Positions 31,160 through 41,027 are shown, counted from the stretch's first letter. The stretch: DNA of 64,000 nucleotides from an uncultured Verrucomicrobiae bacterium (GCA_963769025.1 CAVYKI010000003.1:1317822-1381821); one strand, 5' to 3'. The notes: generated by a model not told the origin, from the sequence alone. Program-made: numbers and translations.

Positions 31160-32445
31160 GGTCGTGTCTTTCTGGTTTTGATTTTGGTGAGCAGTGCGCG
31201 GAAGAGATCGCGGATCGCGGCGAAGCGGCGCGTGCCGTGCGCGGCGCGGATGTAGGCGGAGAAAAGTCGCGCGTCGCCGGGCGCGGGTTCGTCGAAGTGC
31301 GGATGCGCGCGGCCACGGCGGACGGCGACGACATGCGGGAAGGTCATTTCAAGCAGGCCCTCGTCGCCGCGCGTGGTGCCGAAGCCGCTGGCTTTCACCC
31401 CGCCGAATGGCATGCGCGGATCGGCGGTGGGGACGATGAGATCGTTGATAAGCACGAAGCCAGTCCTGATCTGCGCGGCGAGTGCGCGGGCCTTTGCGAC
31501 ATCGCGGGAAAAGATGGATGCGCCGAGCGCGAAGTCGGCGTCATTCGCACGAGCCACCGCCGCCCGCTCGTCGCCCACGCGCTCGATGGGGAGGCGAGGG
31601 ATGCGGGCAATGGAAAGGCGCAGGAGAAGATCGTCAGCGACGGATTGCACGACGACGAGGCGGCGCGGGGCGATGCAGGTTTCGCCGCCATTCAAAATGG
31701 TGCCAAAGCGGATGGCGCGGACGACGAGATCGAGGTCGGCATCCGCGAGGACGATCACGGCATCCTTGCCGGAGAGTTCCATCACGGCGGGCGTGGCAGT
31801 CCCGGCGAGCATGGCGAGGACGTCGCGCCCATTTTCGGAGGAGCCGGTGAAGATCACCTTGTCCACGCCGTCCGCGATGGCGCCGCGGGCGGCTTCGACG
31901 CTTTCGGGCAGGATGCTGAAAAGCGCAGGAGGCACGCCGGCTTCGCTGGCGAGTTGCGCGAAGGCGAGCGCGACGTGGCGGGTGGCTGGTGCGGGCTTGA
32001 GCAGGACGGCGTTTCCCGCGGCGAGCGCGTGGAGCGAATGCACCGCGGGCAGGAACAGCGGGTAGTTTCCCGGCCCGATCACGAGCACGAGGCCGAAGGG
32101 CTGGCGCTGCACTTCAAAGGTGACGCCTCGCATCCAGAACGGGCGTCCGCGGCGTCCGCATCGCCGGAGTGCGAGCACGCGCGCGGCATTTTTCTCCAGC
32201 CACCGGCAGGCGTCGGCGAGCGGGAGGACTTCGGAGACGAGCTTCTCGGCGAGGGGACGATCGCTCACGGAGGCGGCGGCGGCGGCGAGCGAGTCGGCAT
32301 TTTCCGCAACGAGGCGGCGCAGCGCGCGGACGACAGCGAGGCGTTCGCGGATCGGAGACTGCGCCCAGCGCGACTGGGCGGCGCGGGCTTCGGGTCGGGC
32401 ACCGCTGTCCGATTGGGTGCGTTGTGTGAGGGTCGCGTTCATCAT
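31156..32445 (-). CDS. Aldehyde dehydrogenase (AldH/CrtNc-like), shortened
   Basis: GNYP, LKPA, FTGS, MELSGKD, GETCIAP, PFGGVKASGFG. Confidence 0.85.
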   Translation of the reverse strand: MMNATLTQRTQSDSGARPEARAAQSRWAQSPIRERLAVVRALRRLVAENADSLAAAAASVSDRPLAEKLVSEVLPLADACRWLEKNAARVLALRRCGRRGRPFWMRGVTFEVQRQPFGLVLVIGPGNYPLFLPAVHSLHALAAGNAVLLKPAPATRHVALAFAQLASEAGVPPALFSILPESVEAARGAIADGVDKVIFTGSSENGRDVLAMLAGTATPAVMELSGKDAVIVLADADLDLVVRAIRFGTILNGGETCIAPRRLVVVQSVADDLLLRLSIARIPRLPIERVGDERAAVARANDADFALGASIFSRDVAKARALAAQIRTGFVLINDLIVPTADPRMPFGGVKASGFGTTRGDEGLLEMTFPHVVAVRRGRAHPHFDEPAPGDARLFSAYIRAAHGTRRFAAIRDLFRALLTKIKTRKTRP

Positions 32446-33977
32446 GCGGGTTCGAGATTGGCGGGGACGATTTCAGGCAGCGGCGCGTCTGCGGATTCGA
32501 GTCCGAGGTCGGCGAGCAGCAGGCGCGAGCTGATGCGTGCGCTTTCGAAAATCACGGGCAGGCCGCTGCCGGGATGCGTGCCGCCGCCGACGAGATACAT
32601 GCCGTCCACGTCTTCGAAGCGGTTGTGCGGACGCAGGTGCAGCATCTGGCCGAGGGTGTGCGAGAGGTTGAATGTCGCGCCCTGGTGGATCTCGTATTTC
32701 GAATCCCAGTCGTCGGGCGTGACGATGCGCTCGAAGCGAATGCGCTTCTCGACATCGGTGAAGCCGGCCTTTTCGATCTGCCGCAGCATTCTTGCGCGGA
32801 AGCGCCCGCGCTCGCGCGACCAGTCCACGTTCGCGTGCTGGTGCGTGACGGGCGCGAGGACGTAGAGCGCGCTCTGGCCGCGCGGGGCTAGCGTGGGGTC
32901 GGTCACGCACGCGTTCTGCACGTAGAAGGACGGATCTTCGGAGAGCACGTGCTGGTTTTCGATTTCGTCGAGGTTGCGCGTGTAGTCTTCGGCGATGTGG
33001 ATGCTGTGGTGCGGCAGGTCGAATTCTCCCTCGACGCCGAGATACATCATGAAGGTCGAGCAGGAGAATTTCTTGCCGGCGATCTTGCGGTCGGTCCAGC
33101 GGCGGCGCAGGCGGTCGGGGACGAGGCGCTTCATCGCGCGGGCAAAGTCGGCGTTCATCACGATGGCGTCGGCCTTTTCCACGCCGGAGGCGGTGCGCAC
33201 GCCGACTGCACGGCGGCCCTCGAAGAGCACTTCCTCGACGGGCAAGCCGGTTTGGATTTCCACGCCGAGCCGCTCGGCCACGCGGGCCATCGCGACGGTC
33301 ACGGCGGCGCATCCGCCGATGGGATGGAAGACGCCGTATTCGTATTCGAGGAAGGAGAGAATCGAGAACAGGCTCGGGCAGCGGAACGGCGACATGCCGA
33401 GGTATTTTGACTGGAACGAGAACGCGAGGCGGATGCGCGGATCGCGGAAGAAACGGCCGAGATACGTGTCGAGCGACTGATGCGGACGGAGCATCGGGAG
33501 CAGCTTGAGCATCCGCATGTTGATCATGTCCTGCCATCCGAGGAAAGGCGTCTCCAGGCACGGCTCCATGCGCGCGAGCTTCGTGCGGTTTTCATCGAGG
33601 AAACGGCGGAAGCCGGGGGCGTCTCCCGGTGCTATCGCGGCGATCTGCTGCTCCATGCGCGCGATGTCGGGCGTGGCGTCGATCTGCCCGCCGCCGCCGA
33701 AGATGATGCGGTATTGCGGATCGAGCCGGACCATTTCCACCTCGGCGCGCAGCGAAGTGCCGGCGGCGGCGAAGATTTCCTCCAGGACGCGCGGGTAGAG
33801 GAAAAAGGTCGGACCAAGGTCGAACTTGAAGCCGTCCTCCTCGATGGACGAGGTGCGCCCGCCGACGGTCGGGAGGCGCTCGATGACTTTCACTTTCACC
33901 CCCGAAGCGGCGAGCAAGATGGCGGAAGCGAGGCCGCCGGGGCCTGCGCCGATGATGATGACTTCCTTTTGTTTCAT
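32442..33977 (-). CDS. Phytoene desaturase family, CrtN/CrtI-like
   Basis: GAGPGGL, FDLGPT, FQSKYLGMSP, GGGTHPGSGLPVIFESA. Confidence 0.9.
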   Translation of the reverse strand: MKQKEVIIIGAGPGGLASAILLAASGVKVKVIERLPTVGGRTSSIEEDGFKFDLGPTFFLYPRVLEEIFAAAGTSLRAEVEMVRLDPQYRIIFGGGGQIDATPDIARMEQQIAAIAPGDAPGFRRFLDENRTKLARMEPCLETPFLGWQDMINMRMLKLLPMLRPHQSLDTYLGRFFRDPRIRLAFSFQSKYLGMSPFRCPSLFSILSFLEYEYGVFHPIGGCAAVTVAMARVAERLGVEIQTGLPVEEVLFEGRRAVGVRTASGVEKADAIVMNADFARAMKRLVPDRLRRRWTDRKIAGKKFSCSTFMMYLGVEGEFDLPHHSIHIAEDYTRNLDEIENQHVLSEDPSFYVQNACVTDPTLAPRGQSALYVLAPVTHQHANVDWSRERGRFRARMLRQIEKAGFTDVEKRIRFERIVTPDDWDSKYEIHQGATFNLSHTLGQMLHLRPHNRFEDVDGMYLVGGGTHPGSGLPVIFESARISSRLLLADLGLESADAPLPEIVPANLEPA

Positions 33978-34003
33978 GGTGTGCGTGTGCGGTGAGAGTG
34001 GGG

Positions 34004-34210
34004 TCAAAATTTCGTCTTCACGCCGCAGGCCCGGGCGATGCACCAGCCGCGCGCGGCCTCGAATGCGACGAACACCGCGGACCCCGTGAGCGCGATGCCG
34101 GCGGTGCGGGAATGCGGCCAGGTGACGACCGCGGCGACACCGAGGACGAGGGCTCCGATGCCGCGGATGATGCGGCCTTTGTTGTCAAGATTTGGGCGGA
34201 GGAAGGACAT
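34004..34210 (-). CDS. Small membrane protein (YgaP/DUF2892-like)
   Basis: NLDNKGRIIR, two TM helices, GWCIARACG. Confidence 0.65.
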   Translation of the reverse strand: MSFLRPNLDNKGRIIRGIGALVLGVAAVVTWPHSRTAGIALTGSAVFVAFEAARGWCIARACGVKTKF

Positions 34211-34239
34211 GGGATTTGGGAGTGAAGGTGACGTGGCGA

Positions 34240-34340
34240 TGTCCTGTATGTCTAAGTTATGTCTCAGTTTTGTCAACACAAAGTTCGACAAATTTGCATT
34301 GTGTCGAATTTTCCGCTTGTGCATGTCGAAGTATCGTCTA
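34240..34340 (-). promoter_or_regulatory. Putative CarH/LitR operator overlapping the crt operon -35
   Basis: TGTC at 34249, 34260 and 34271 (11-bp period); minus strand reads TAGACA, GAGACA, TTGACA, the last a consensus -35. Confidence 0.7.
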
Positions 34341-34355
34341 TGTATCGGCCGTCCA

Positions 34356-35297
34356 ATGGCTGCCTCTTTTCCCATCCAAACCGTCGCTGAACGCACCGGC
34401 TTGACGCCCCACGTCATCCGCGCCTGGGAGCGGCGCTACGGCGCGATCGAGCCCGAGCGTTCCGCGGGGAAGCACCGGCTGTATTCCGAGGCCGAGATCG
34501 AGCGGATCGCGATGCTGCAACGCGCGGTGCGCAGCGGACACAGCATCGGAAAAATCGCGAAGCTGCCGGCGGAGGAATTGCTCGCGCTGATCGCCAAACA
34601 GCCGGCGGCGGCGCGCAGCGCGGCGGTGCGCGGCGACGACGATCCGGCGGCGGCCTTGCGCGATGAATCGCTGATCGCGATCGCGCGTTTCGACGGGCCC
34701 ACTTTGCAGGGCATCCTGAACCGGGCGCTGATGCGCTTCGGGCACATGGGCCTGCTGCGGCTCCTCATCGCGCCGCTCGCGGAGGAGGTCGGCGAGCGCT
34801 GGCGTTCGGGCGCGCTTACGGCGGCGCACGAACATTTCTTCACGGCGGCGGTGAAAATTTTTCTCGGCGACCTGACGCGGCAGCTTTCCGTGGGGCCGGG
34901 CGCGCCGTGCATCGTCGTCACCACGCCCGCGGGGCAGCTCCACGAACTCGGCGCGATCATGGCCGCGGCGGCCGCGGCGAATCTCGGCTGGCGCCCCATT
35001 TACCTCGGACCAAATCTGCCCGCGCACGAGATCGCCGGCGCGGCGGCGCGCAACGAAGCCGCCGCGGTCGCGCTCAGCATCGTCTATCCCGACGACGACG
35101 CGTACCTCGCCCGCGAACTCACCGAACTCGCGCGGTTGCTCCCCGAGGGCACGCGCATCCTCGCCGGCGGTCGTGCCGCGCGCGGATACTTCGAGGCGCT
35201 CATCCGCATCGGGGCGCTCTTTGCCGAGAGCATCGAGGAATTTGGCAACCAGCTCGACACCGTGCGGGGCACTCCGCCGCGAAAGGCGCGTGACTGA
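34356..35297 (+). CDS. carH: MerR-family B12-binding photoreceptor/repressor, CarH/LitR-like
   Basis: IRAWERRYG, HRLYS; W-x9-EH (WRSGALTAAHEH); LHELG, YLGPNLP; divergent from the crt operon. Confidence 0.85.
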   Translation: MAASFPIQTVAERTGLTPHVIRAWERRYGAIEPERSAGKHRLYSEAEIERIAMLQRAVRSGHSIGKIAKLPAEELLALIAKQPAAARSAAVRGDDDPAAALRDESLIAIARFDGPTLQGILNRALMRFGHMGLLRLLIAPLAEEVGERWRSGALTAAHEHFFTAAVKIFLGDLTRQLSVGPGAPCIVVTTPAGQLHELGAIMAAAAAANLGWRPIYLGPNLPAHEIAGAAARNEAAAVALSIVYPDDDAYLARELTELARLLPEGTRILAGGRAARGYFEALIRIGALFAESIEEFGNQLDTVRGTPPRKARD

Positions 35298-35334
35298 TCG
35301 CGGTGCGGGCAATGCCAGGCAACCGACAAGATTT

Positions 35335-35919
35335 ATGAACCCTGTGACCGACGCTGAAAAGGAACTCGAAGCCGAGATCGCGCTGCTGAAGCGGATCGGC
35401 CAGGGCGACCGCGTGAGCTTCGAGATGCTCTACGACCGCTTTTCGCGCGTCCTTTTTTCCACCGCCTACCGCGTGCTGAACAACCAGGAGGCCGCCGAGG
35501 ACGTGCTGCAGGATGTGTTCATCCAGATCTGGGAAAAGGCGCCGCTCTACGATCCCGCGCGCGGCAAGCCGATGACGTGGGCCATCACGCTCACGCGCAA
35601 CAAGGCCATCGACCGCCTGCGCTCCGCCGTGCGCCGCAGCCGGCTCCAGGATGACATCGAGCGCGAGGCCTCGACGTTCGAGCAGTTCGACGACCGGAGT
35701 TCCTTCGACGCGCTTGCATCCGAGGACACGGGCAGGCAGGTGCGCGAGGCGATCCAGAAGCTGACCGCGGACCAGCGCGAAGCGATCGAACTGGCGTTCT
35801 TTTCCTCGCTCACGCAGATGGAAATCGCCGAACGGCTGAACGAACCGCTCGGCACGATCAAGGCGCGCATCCGGCGCGGGATGATGCGCCTGAAGGAAGT
35901 GCTCAGGCCGGGAGCGTGA
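35335..35919 (+). CDS. ECF sigma factor (SigK/RpoE-like)
   Basis: AEDVLQDVFIQIW, RNKAIDRLRS, PLGTIKARIRRG. Confidence 0.92.
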   Translation: MNPVTDAEKELEAEIALLKRIGQGDRVSFEMLYDRFSRVLFSTAYRVLNNQEAAEDVLQDVFIQIWEKAPLYDPARGKPMTWAITLTRNKAIDRLRSAVRRSRLQDDIEREASTFEQFDDRSSFDALASEDTGRQVREAIQKLTADQREAIELAFFSSLTQMEIAERLNEPLGTIKARIRRGMMRLKEVLRPGA

Positions 35920-36502
35920 CGCGCGCTAGGCGCGCGGCGTGCCCGGTGAGTTCGCGCTCGCGGGCGACGAGCCAGAGCGGCCGGCCCGCGTCGTCGAAGA
36001 TGGGCGTGATGGCGACCTCGACCCAGTATGGCGTGCCGTTCCTGTGATAGTTGAGGATCGTCTCGCAGCACGGGCGGTGTGCATGGACCGCCTCGCGCAT
36101 CCGTGCCGCCGTCTCGCGATCCGTCTTTTCACCCTGGAGGATCGGGCCGAGTTTTTTGCCGCGCAATTCGTCGAGGCTGTAGCCGCACATCTCGCTGAAG
36201 GCGGGATTCACCCACTGCACAAGGCCGTCCGGGCCGGACACCACCATGGCCGGTTGCACGGACTGCTGCTTGCGGCCGTCCACGATGCCGGCGATGCGCG
36301 CCTTCAGTTGCGGCGAAGGCGACGGACCGCCGGGCGGATGGCTGGCCAAGGTCACGGCGGTGCCGACCTCCGCGAGCCCTGCGACGAAGTTGCGGAGTTC
36401 ATCGTGGAATTCGAGGACGAGCTCGAACGGCCCACGCTCCTGCTCGGTCATGGTGCCGGAGACATAAAGTGCTGCCTGGTCTTGCAAGAATTCGCTGAGC
36501 AT
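35903..36502 (-). CDS. Anti-sigma-like domain fused to a PAS domain
   Basis: QDQAALYVSGTM...PSPQLKARI, then WVNPAFSEMCGY, ILQGEKTD, NYHRNGTPYW, ITPIFD. Confidence 0.75.
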   Translation of the reverse strand: MLSEFLQDQAALYVSGTMTEQERGPFELVLEFHDELRNFVAGLAEVGTAVTLASHPPGGPSPSPQLKARIAGIVDGRKQQSVQPAMVVSGPDGLVQWVNPAFSEMCGYSLDELRGKKLGPILQGEKTDRETAARMREAVHAHRPCCETILNYHRNGTPYWVEVAITPIFDDAGRPLWLVARERELTGHAARLARVTLPA

Positions 36503-36762
36503 CTGGAGGCGGGTGAAGGACGGGTGTTGGGTGCCGAATCGCTCGCTATACGTCGCGAGGCCGCGGCCGGATTCATTTTGAACGTCCTTTTTGAGGTGGT
36601 GCGAAGTGTGGGGCGCTGCCGCCGTGCCTCTCATGGTCGGTCGCAGCGGGTCCGGGGCGCAATCCCGCCAACCTTTCCTCCGAACTTCTTGCCACGCACC
36701 GCTCCGGTTGCTGAAATCCGCGCCCCTTTAACTTTAACCCAACACCTCAAAACACACATCCC

Positions 36763-37846
36763 ATGAAATACGGCCTCAACATCCGCCAGGACGGCGCACT
36801 CGACTTCCTCTCGCTCGGCGCGCTCGTGCATCGCCTCGACCCCGGCGTCATCCCTTTCCGCAAGGCCTCGCACTGCGACATCCACGTGAGCGGCGGTGAA
36901 TTCAACTGCGCGGCGAATCTCTCCGACTGCTTCCGCCTGAACACCGGCGTCGCCAGCGCGATGGTGGACTACCCGATCGGCGACCTCATCGCCGAGCGCG
37001 TGCGCGCGATGGGCGTGAAGCCGTTCTACAAGAAGTTCAAGCACGACGGCGTGCGCGGGCCGAACATGGCGACCGTGTATTCCGATCGCGGCCAGGGCGT
37101 GCGCGCCCCCGTCGTTTTCTACAACCGCAGCAACGAAGCCGCCGGCCAGCTCAAGCCCGGCGACTTTGACTGGAAGGCGATCTTCGACGCAGGGCGTGCG
37201 CTGGTTCCACTCGGGCGGAATTTTCGCCGCGCTCTCCGAGACGACCGGCGAAGTGATCATCGAGGCCATGAAGGCCGCGAAGGCCTCGGGCGCGGTCACG
37301 TCGTTCGACCTCAACTACCGCCAGAAGCTCTGGGACATCTGGGGCGGCCACAGCAAGGCCGTCGAGACGCTCGCGCGCATCGTCGAGCACGTCGATGTGC
37401 TCGTGGGAAATGAGGAGGACCTGCAGAAGGGCCTCGGCATCGAGGGGCAGGACGTGGAGACGAAGGGCAAGCTCGACCCGACCGCGTTCTTCAACGTGAT
37501 CGAGAAGGCCGTGAAGAAATTCCCGAAGGTGAAAGTCGTCGCGACGACGCTGCGGGAAGTCCACTCGACGAACCGCCACACGTGGGGTGCGGTCGCGTGG
37601 ATCGACGGCAAGACTTACCAGTCGCCGATGTGCGAACTCGACGTCATCTGCCGCATCGGCGGCGGCGACGGCTACGCGGCGGGATTCTTCTACGGCCTGC
37701 TCACCGGCGCATCCGAAGAGGAAGCCGTGAAGCTCGGCTGGGCGCACGGCGCACTGCTCACCACCTTCCCGGGCGACACCACCATGGCGACCGTCGAGCA
37801 GGTGAAGGCGTTCGCCAAAGGCGGCAGCGCCCGCGTGCAGCGGTAG
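36763..37846 (+). CDS. PfkB sugar kinase, 2-keto-3-deoxygluconate kinase-like (frameshift near 37190)
   Basis: GGEFNCA, WFHSGGI, SFDLNYR, GNEED, RIGGGDGY across two frames. Confidence 0.88.
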
Positions 37847-37931
37847 GCGTCTTTTGCTCCGACGGAGCTTTTCTTGAAAGGCCGCGCAGTCCGGGCGGAG
37901 ACGCCCGTGCTCACCCGCGCTCCGCCGCATG

Positions 37932-39092
37932 CTAGCGCTGCGCGGCTTTTCCGCCTTTCAGGAAGTGCTCCAGAAACGCGCACATCTGCTCCATCGCCTC
38001 TGGCGTCGGGCCGTGGCCTTCGCGGTGTGTCATGGCCACGCGATTCGGAAAGCCGAGCAATTCATAGAGCGCCTTCGTGTGGTTCAGCGCGCGCCAGTGC
38101 CACGGGACATCCTCCGAGCCGCCGGAGACGAGGAAGGGCCGCGGCGCCATGAGCGCGTGCAGGTCCACGAGGCTTTCGCCGGACTCGAACATCGTCTTGT
38201 AGAGGCCGGTGCGCGGTTTGTCGGCGTTCGGCACGCCGCGCGGGCGGAGCGTGCCGGCCTCCCAGCCGAGATACCACGGCTCGTAGTAGTTGATGTTGCC
38301 ATTGCTCTCATCGAAGACGATCCCCGGGTCGCACCACACTGCGGCCGCGAATTTATCGTAGAGGCACGAGGCGAACATGGACCACTTTCCCCCGTATGAA
38401 TGGCCGATGATCCCGATGCGCTTGGGGTCCACATTTTCCAAGCCGGCGAGCGCGGTGTGGCAGTTGGCGGCGACGTACGCGAGGTAGGTGAGCGGCTGGA
38501 TTTTCAACTCGTTGCCCGCCGCGATGAGCAGTTCGCGCGTCTCCATGCCCGGGTGGTCGAGCGCCCCCGGCGTGCCGATGCTCAGCGCGACGAAGCCGCG
38601 CTTCACGAGTTGGTATGCAAAGTCGCGCATCTGCGACTTCGGGTTCAGACCCACGGCGGTTTCCGGTTCGTAAAAAACGGCGAGCACGGCAGGGAACGGC
38701 CCGGCGCCGTCCGGCAGGAGCAGGTAGCCGTCGCCCTGCCGAGGCCCGGGGCCGATGTCCACGCGCACCTTGTGCTGGGTGAAATTTTCGCGTCGTTCCG
38801 TCGAGCGGATTTCGATGCGCGGCTTCTCCAGCAGCGCGGGCCACGGGCCGAGGCGCTCGTGCCATGACTTCAGGATTTCCGCCCGCCGCGCCGGCCATTC
38901 GGGGGCGGTTCTCACCGTGCTGCCGTCGGCGGATTTCAGCGGCGAACGGTAGTCGCCGAAGTCGCCGGCGAACTCGGCCGGCGGCGAAAAGAACGGAGCG
39001 AGCTGGGGCGGCAGGACGGGATCGGCACGCAGCAGGGCGGGGAGCGCGCAGAGGAAAGCCGGCAGCAGTTTCGCGAGCGGGGATTTTTTCAT
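37932..39092 (-). CDS. Secreted alpha/beta hydrolase (dienelactone hydrolase/esterase-like)
   Basis: GHSYGG nucleophile elbow, APRPFLVSGGSED, terminal His. Confidence 0.82.
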   Translation of the reverse strand: MKKSPLAKLLPAFLCALPALLRADPVLPPQLAPFFSPPAEFAGDFGDYRSPLKSADGSTVRTAPEWPARRAEILKSWHERLGPWPALLEKPRIEIRSTERRENFTQHKVRVDIGPGPRQGDGYLLLPDGAGPFPAVLAVFYEPETAVGLNPKSQMRDFAYQLVKRGFVALSIGTPGALDHPGMETRELLIAAGNELKIQPLTYLAYVAANCHTALAGLENVDPKRIGIIGHSYGGKWSMFASCLYDKFAAAVWCDPGIVFDESNGNINYYEPWYLGWEAGTLRPRGVPNADKPRTGLYKTMFESGESLVDLHALMAPRPFLVSGGSEDVPWHWRALNHTKALYELLGFPNRVAMTHREGHGPTPEAMEQMCAFLEHFLKGGKAAQR

Positions 39093-39173
39093 GGGAGGGA
39101 CGGCAACTGAACGCCACGGCAGCAAAGCGGGCGAGCAGTTTGGCGGAGCTTGCGACAGAATTCGATGGGCCGC

Positions 39174-39201
39174 TTGACAAGCCGTGCCCCGTCGCTAGGC
39201 T
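39174..39201 (+). promoter_or_regulatory. Sigma-70 promoter of rpsT
   Basis: TTGACA-N16-TAGGCT ending 35 bp before the ATG. Confidence 0.6.
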
Positions 39202-39235
39202 CCGCACCCCTTTTCCAAAAGAAGACCACACTCAT

Positions 39236-39499
39236 ATGGCCAATACCAAATCCGCAGCCAAACGCGCCCGCCAGACCAAGGGCCGCACCGACGCCAACAA
39301 ACGCGTCACCACGACCGTGAAGACCCAGCTCCGCCTCATCCGCGCCGCTGTCGCTGCAGGGAAGAAGAGCGAGGCGCTCGCCTTGCTGCCGAAGGCTGCC
39401 TCCGCGCTCGATAAGGCCGCGAAGACGGGCCGGATCCACAAAAACAAGGCGGACCGCCACAAGGGCGACCTCGCCCGCCAGCTCGCCGCGCTGAAGTAA
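39236..39499 (+). CDS. rpsT: 30S ribosomal protein S20
   Basis: MANTKSAAKRARQ...LDKAAKTGRIHKNKADR. Confidence 0.97.
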   Translation: MANTKSAAKRARQTKGRTDANKRVTTTVKTQLRLIRAAVAAGKKSEALALLPKAASALDKAAKTGRIHKNKADRHKGDLARQLAALK

Positions 39500-39516
39500 C
39501 GCGGACCCATTTCACG

Positions 39517-39556
39517 AAGGGCGGTGTCCGCACGGGCACCGCCCTTTTCGTTTTTT
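39517..39556 (+). terminator. Intrinsic terminator
   Basis: AAGGGCGGTGTCC-GCAC-GGGCACCGCCCTT hairpin followed by a T-rich tract. Confidence 0.85.
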
Positions 39557-39568
39557 CGCGAGGCCTGA

Positions 39569-39799
39569 TTACTCGGCGTTCCGCTGTTTCACGATGCCGA
39601 GCACCTGGCTCGCGCGATCGATGGGCGCACGCAGCGAACCTGCGGGCTGGGCGGCTGCAGGCTGAGGTGCGGCGGGTTGGACGGCTGCGGCCTTGTGGTG
39701 CGCCTCGTCGATGCGAGATTGCGGGGTTTGTTTCTCGCCGCTCCGCCCGTAGAGGAGATAGACGATGGCGAGGACGACGATGATCGAGACGATTCTCAT
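39569..39799 (-). CDS. Small membrane-anchored hypothetical protein
   Basis: MRIVSIIVVLAIVYLLY TM segment, QPAA repeats. Confidence 0.55.
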   Translation of the reverse strand: MRIVSIIVVLAIVYLLYGRSGEKQTPQSRIDEAHHKAAAVQPAAPQPAAAQPAGSLRAPIDRASQVLGIVKQRNAE

Positions 39800-39826
39800 G
39801 CCCGCTGCCAAAGCATCGCCCGCGCC

Positions 39827-40930
39827 ATGAAAATCGCGCTGTTGCATTACACGGCGGCACCGGTTGTCGGTGGGGTCGAACGGGTGATGGAGGAGCACGC
39901 GCGCCTTTTCGCCCGCCACGGCCACCGCGTGACGGTGCTCTGCCAGCGCGGCGGCGGGCCGGATGCGGTGCGGCTCCCGGAAGAGCTCTCCGTAGATGCG
40001 CAGGCGGAGGCGCTGGCAAACGCTCTCGCCGGCCAGGATGTCGCCTTCCTCCATAACGTGCTGACGATGCCGTTTTCCCCCGGGCTGACCGAGGCCTTGT
40101 GGCGCGTGATGGACGCCCTGCCGCGCGTGCGTTTCGTCGCCTGGGTTCACGATGTCGCGGCGTGCAATCCCGACTACCCGGACACGGCGCCGATCTTTTC
40201 AAGGGCGCATCCGCGGTGTGAATACGTCGCCGTGTCGCCGCTCCGCGCGCGGCAGTTTGCGGAAGTCACGGGAACGCCGGCGGATCGTTGCGCCGTGGTG
40301 CCCAATGGGATCGATCCGGCGCGGGTGCTCGGGCTTCCGGGAAATGTCGCGGAGTTTGTGCAACGGCACGAGCTTCTCGACGGTCGCATCCTGCTCCTGC
40401 ATCCGACGCGGCTCGTGCGCCGGAAAAACGTGGAGCTGAGCATTGCGATTGGCAGGGAATTCGCGAGACGCTGCACACCGGCGACGGTGCTCGTCACCGC
40501 CGCGGATGATCCGCACAACGAGTCGTCGCATCTCCTCGGCGGGCAGCTCCGGTGCGAGGGCGGGGAGGCGGGCGGCCACCTGTTCGTGGGCGATCACCTC
40601 ACGGTGGGCGACGGGGAACTCGCCGGGCTCTACCGGCTTGCGGACGCGCTGCTCTTTCCCAGCCGGAGCGAGGGCTTCGGCCTGCCGCTGCTGGAAGCCG
40701 CGATGCACCGGCTGCCCGTTTTCTGCAGCGACATCGAACCGCTTTTCGATCGGCTTCGCGAGACAGCCGTGCTTTTCCCGCCGGACGCGGAAGCCGGGCG
40801 GGTCGCGACGATCATCGGGGAGACGCTGGCGGCTTCGCCGGCATTTCGGGAACGCAAACGCGTGCTGGCGGAGTATGGTTGGGATGCCATCTACCGGCGG
40901 CACCTCGCGGGCCTGCTAGCCGCGGGATGA
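39827..40930 (+). CDS. GT4 glycosyltransferase
   Basis: GGVE, VPNGID, RKNVE, PSRSEGFGLPLLEA. Confidence 0.9.
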   Translation: MKIALLHYTAAPVVGGVERVMEEHARLFARHGHRVTVLCQRGGGPDAVRLPEELSVDAQAEALANALAGQDVAFLHNVLTMPFSPGLTEALWRVMDALPRVRFVAWVHDVAACNPDYPDTAPIFSRAHPRCEYVAVSPLRARQFAEVTGTPADRCAVVPNGIDPARVLGLPGNVAEFVQRHELLDGRILLLHPTRLVRRKNVELSIAIGREFARRCTPATVLVTAADDPHNESSHLLGGQLRCEGGEAGGHLFVGDHLTVGDGELAGLYRLADALLFPSRSEGFGLPLLEAAMHRLPVFCSDIEPLFDRLRETAVLFPPDAEAGRVATIIGETLAASPAFRERKRVLAEYGWDAIYRRHLAGLLAAG

Positions 40931-41027
40931 GGGATTTCCCGAACGTTCGCTTGCTGCCGCTTGCTCCGCGTGGGACCATCTTTTCAGCCGCTCAAATGCC
41001 GAGCCCACCTTGTCAGGCACCCCGCCC

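Noticed and set aside
35903..36502. Canonical LOV photoreceptor
   Set aside because: No NCRFLQ cysteine or conserved Gln; kept as a LOV-like PAS only.
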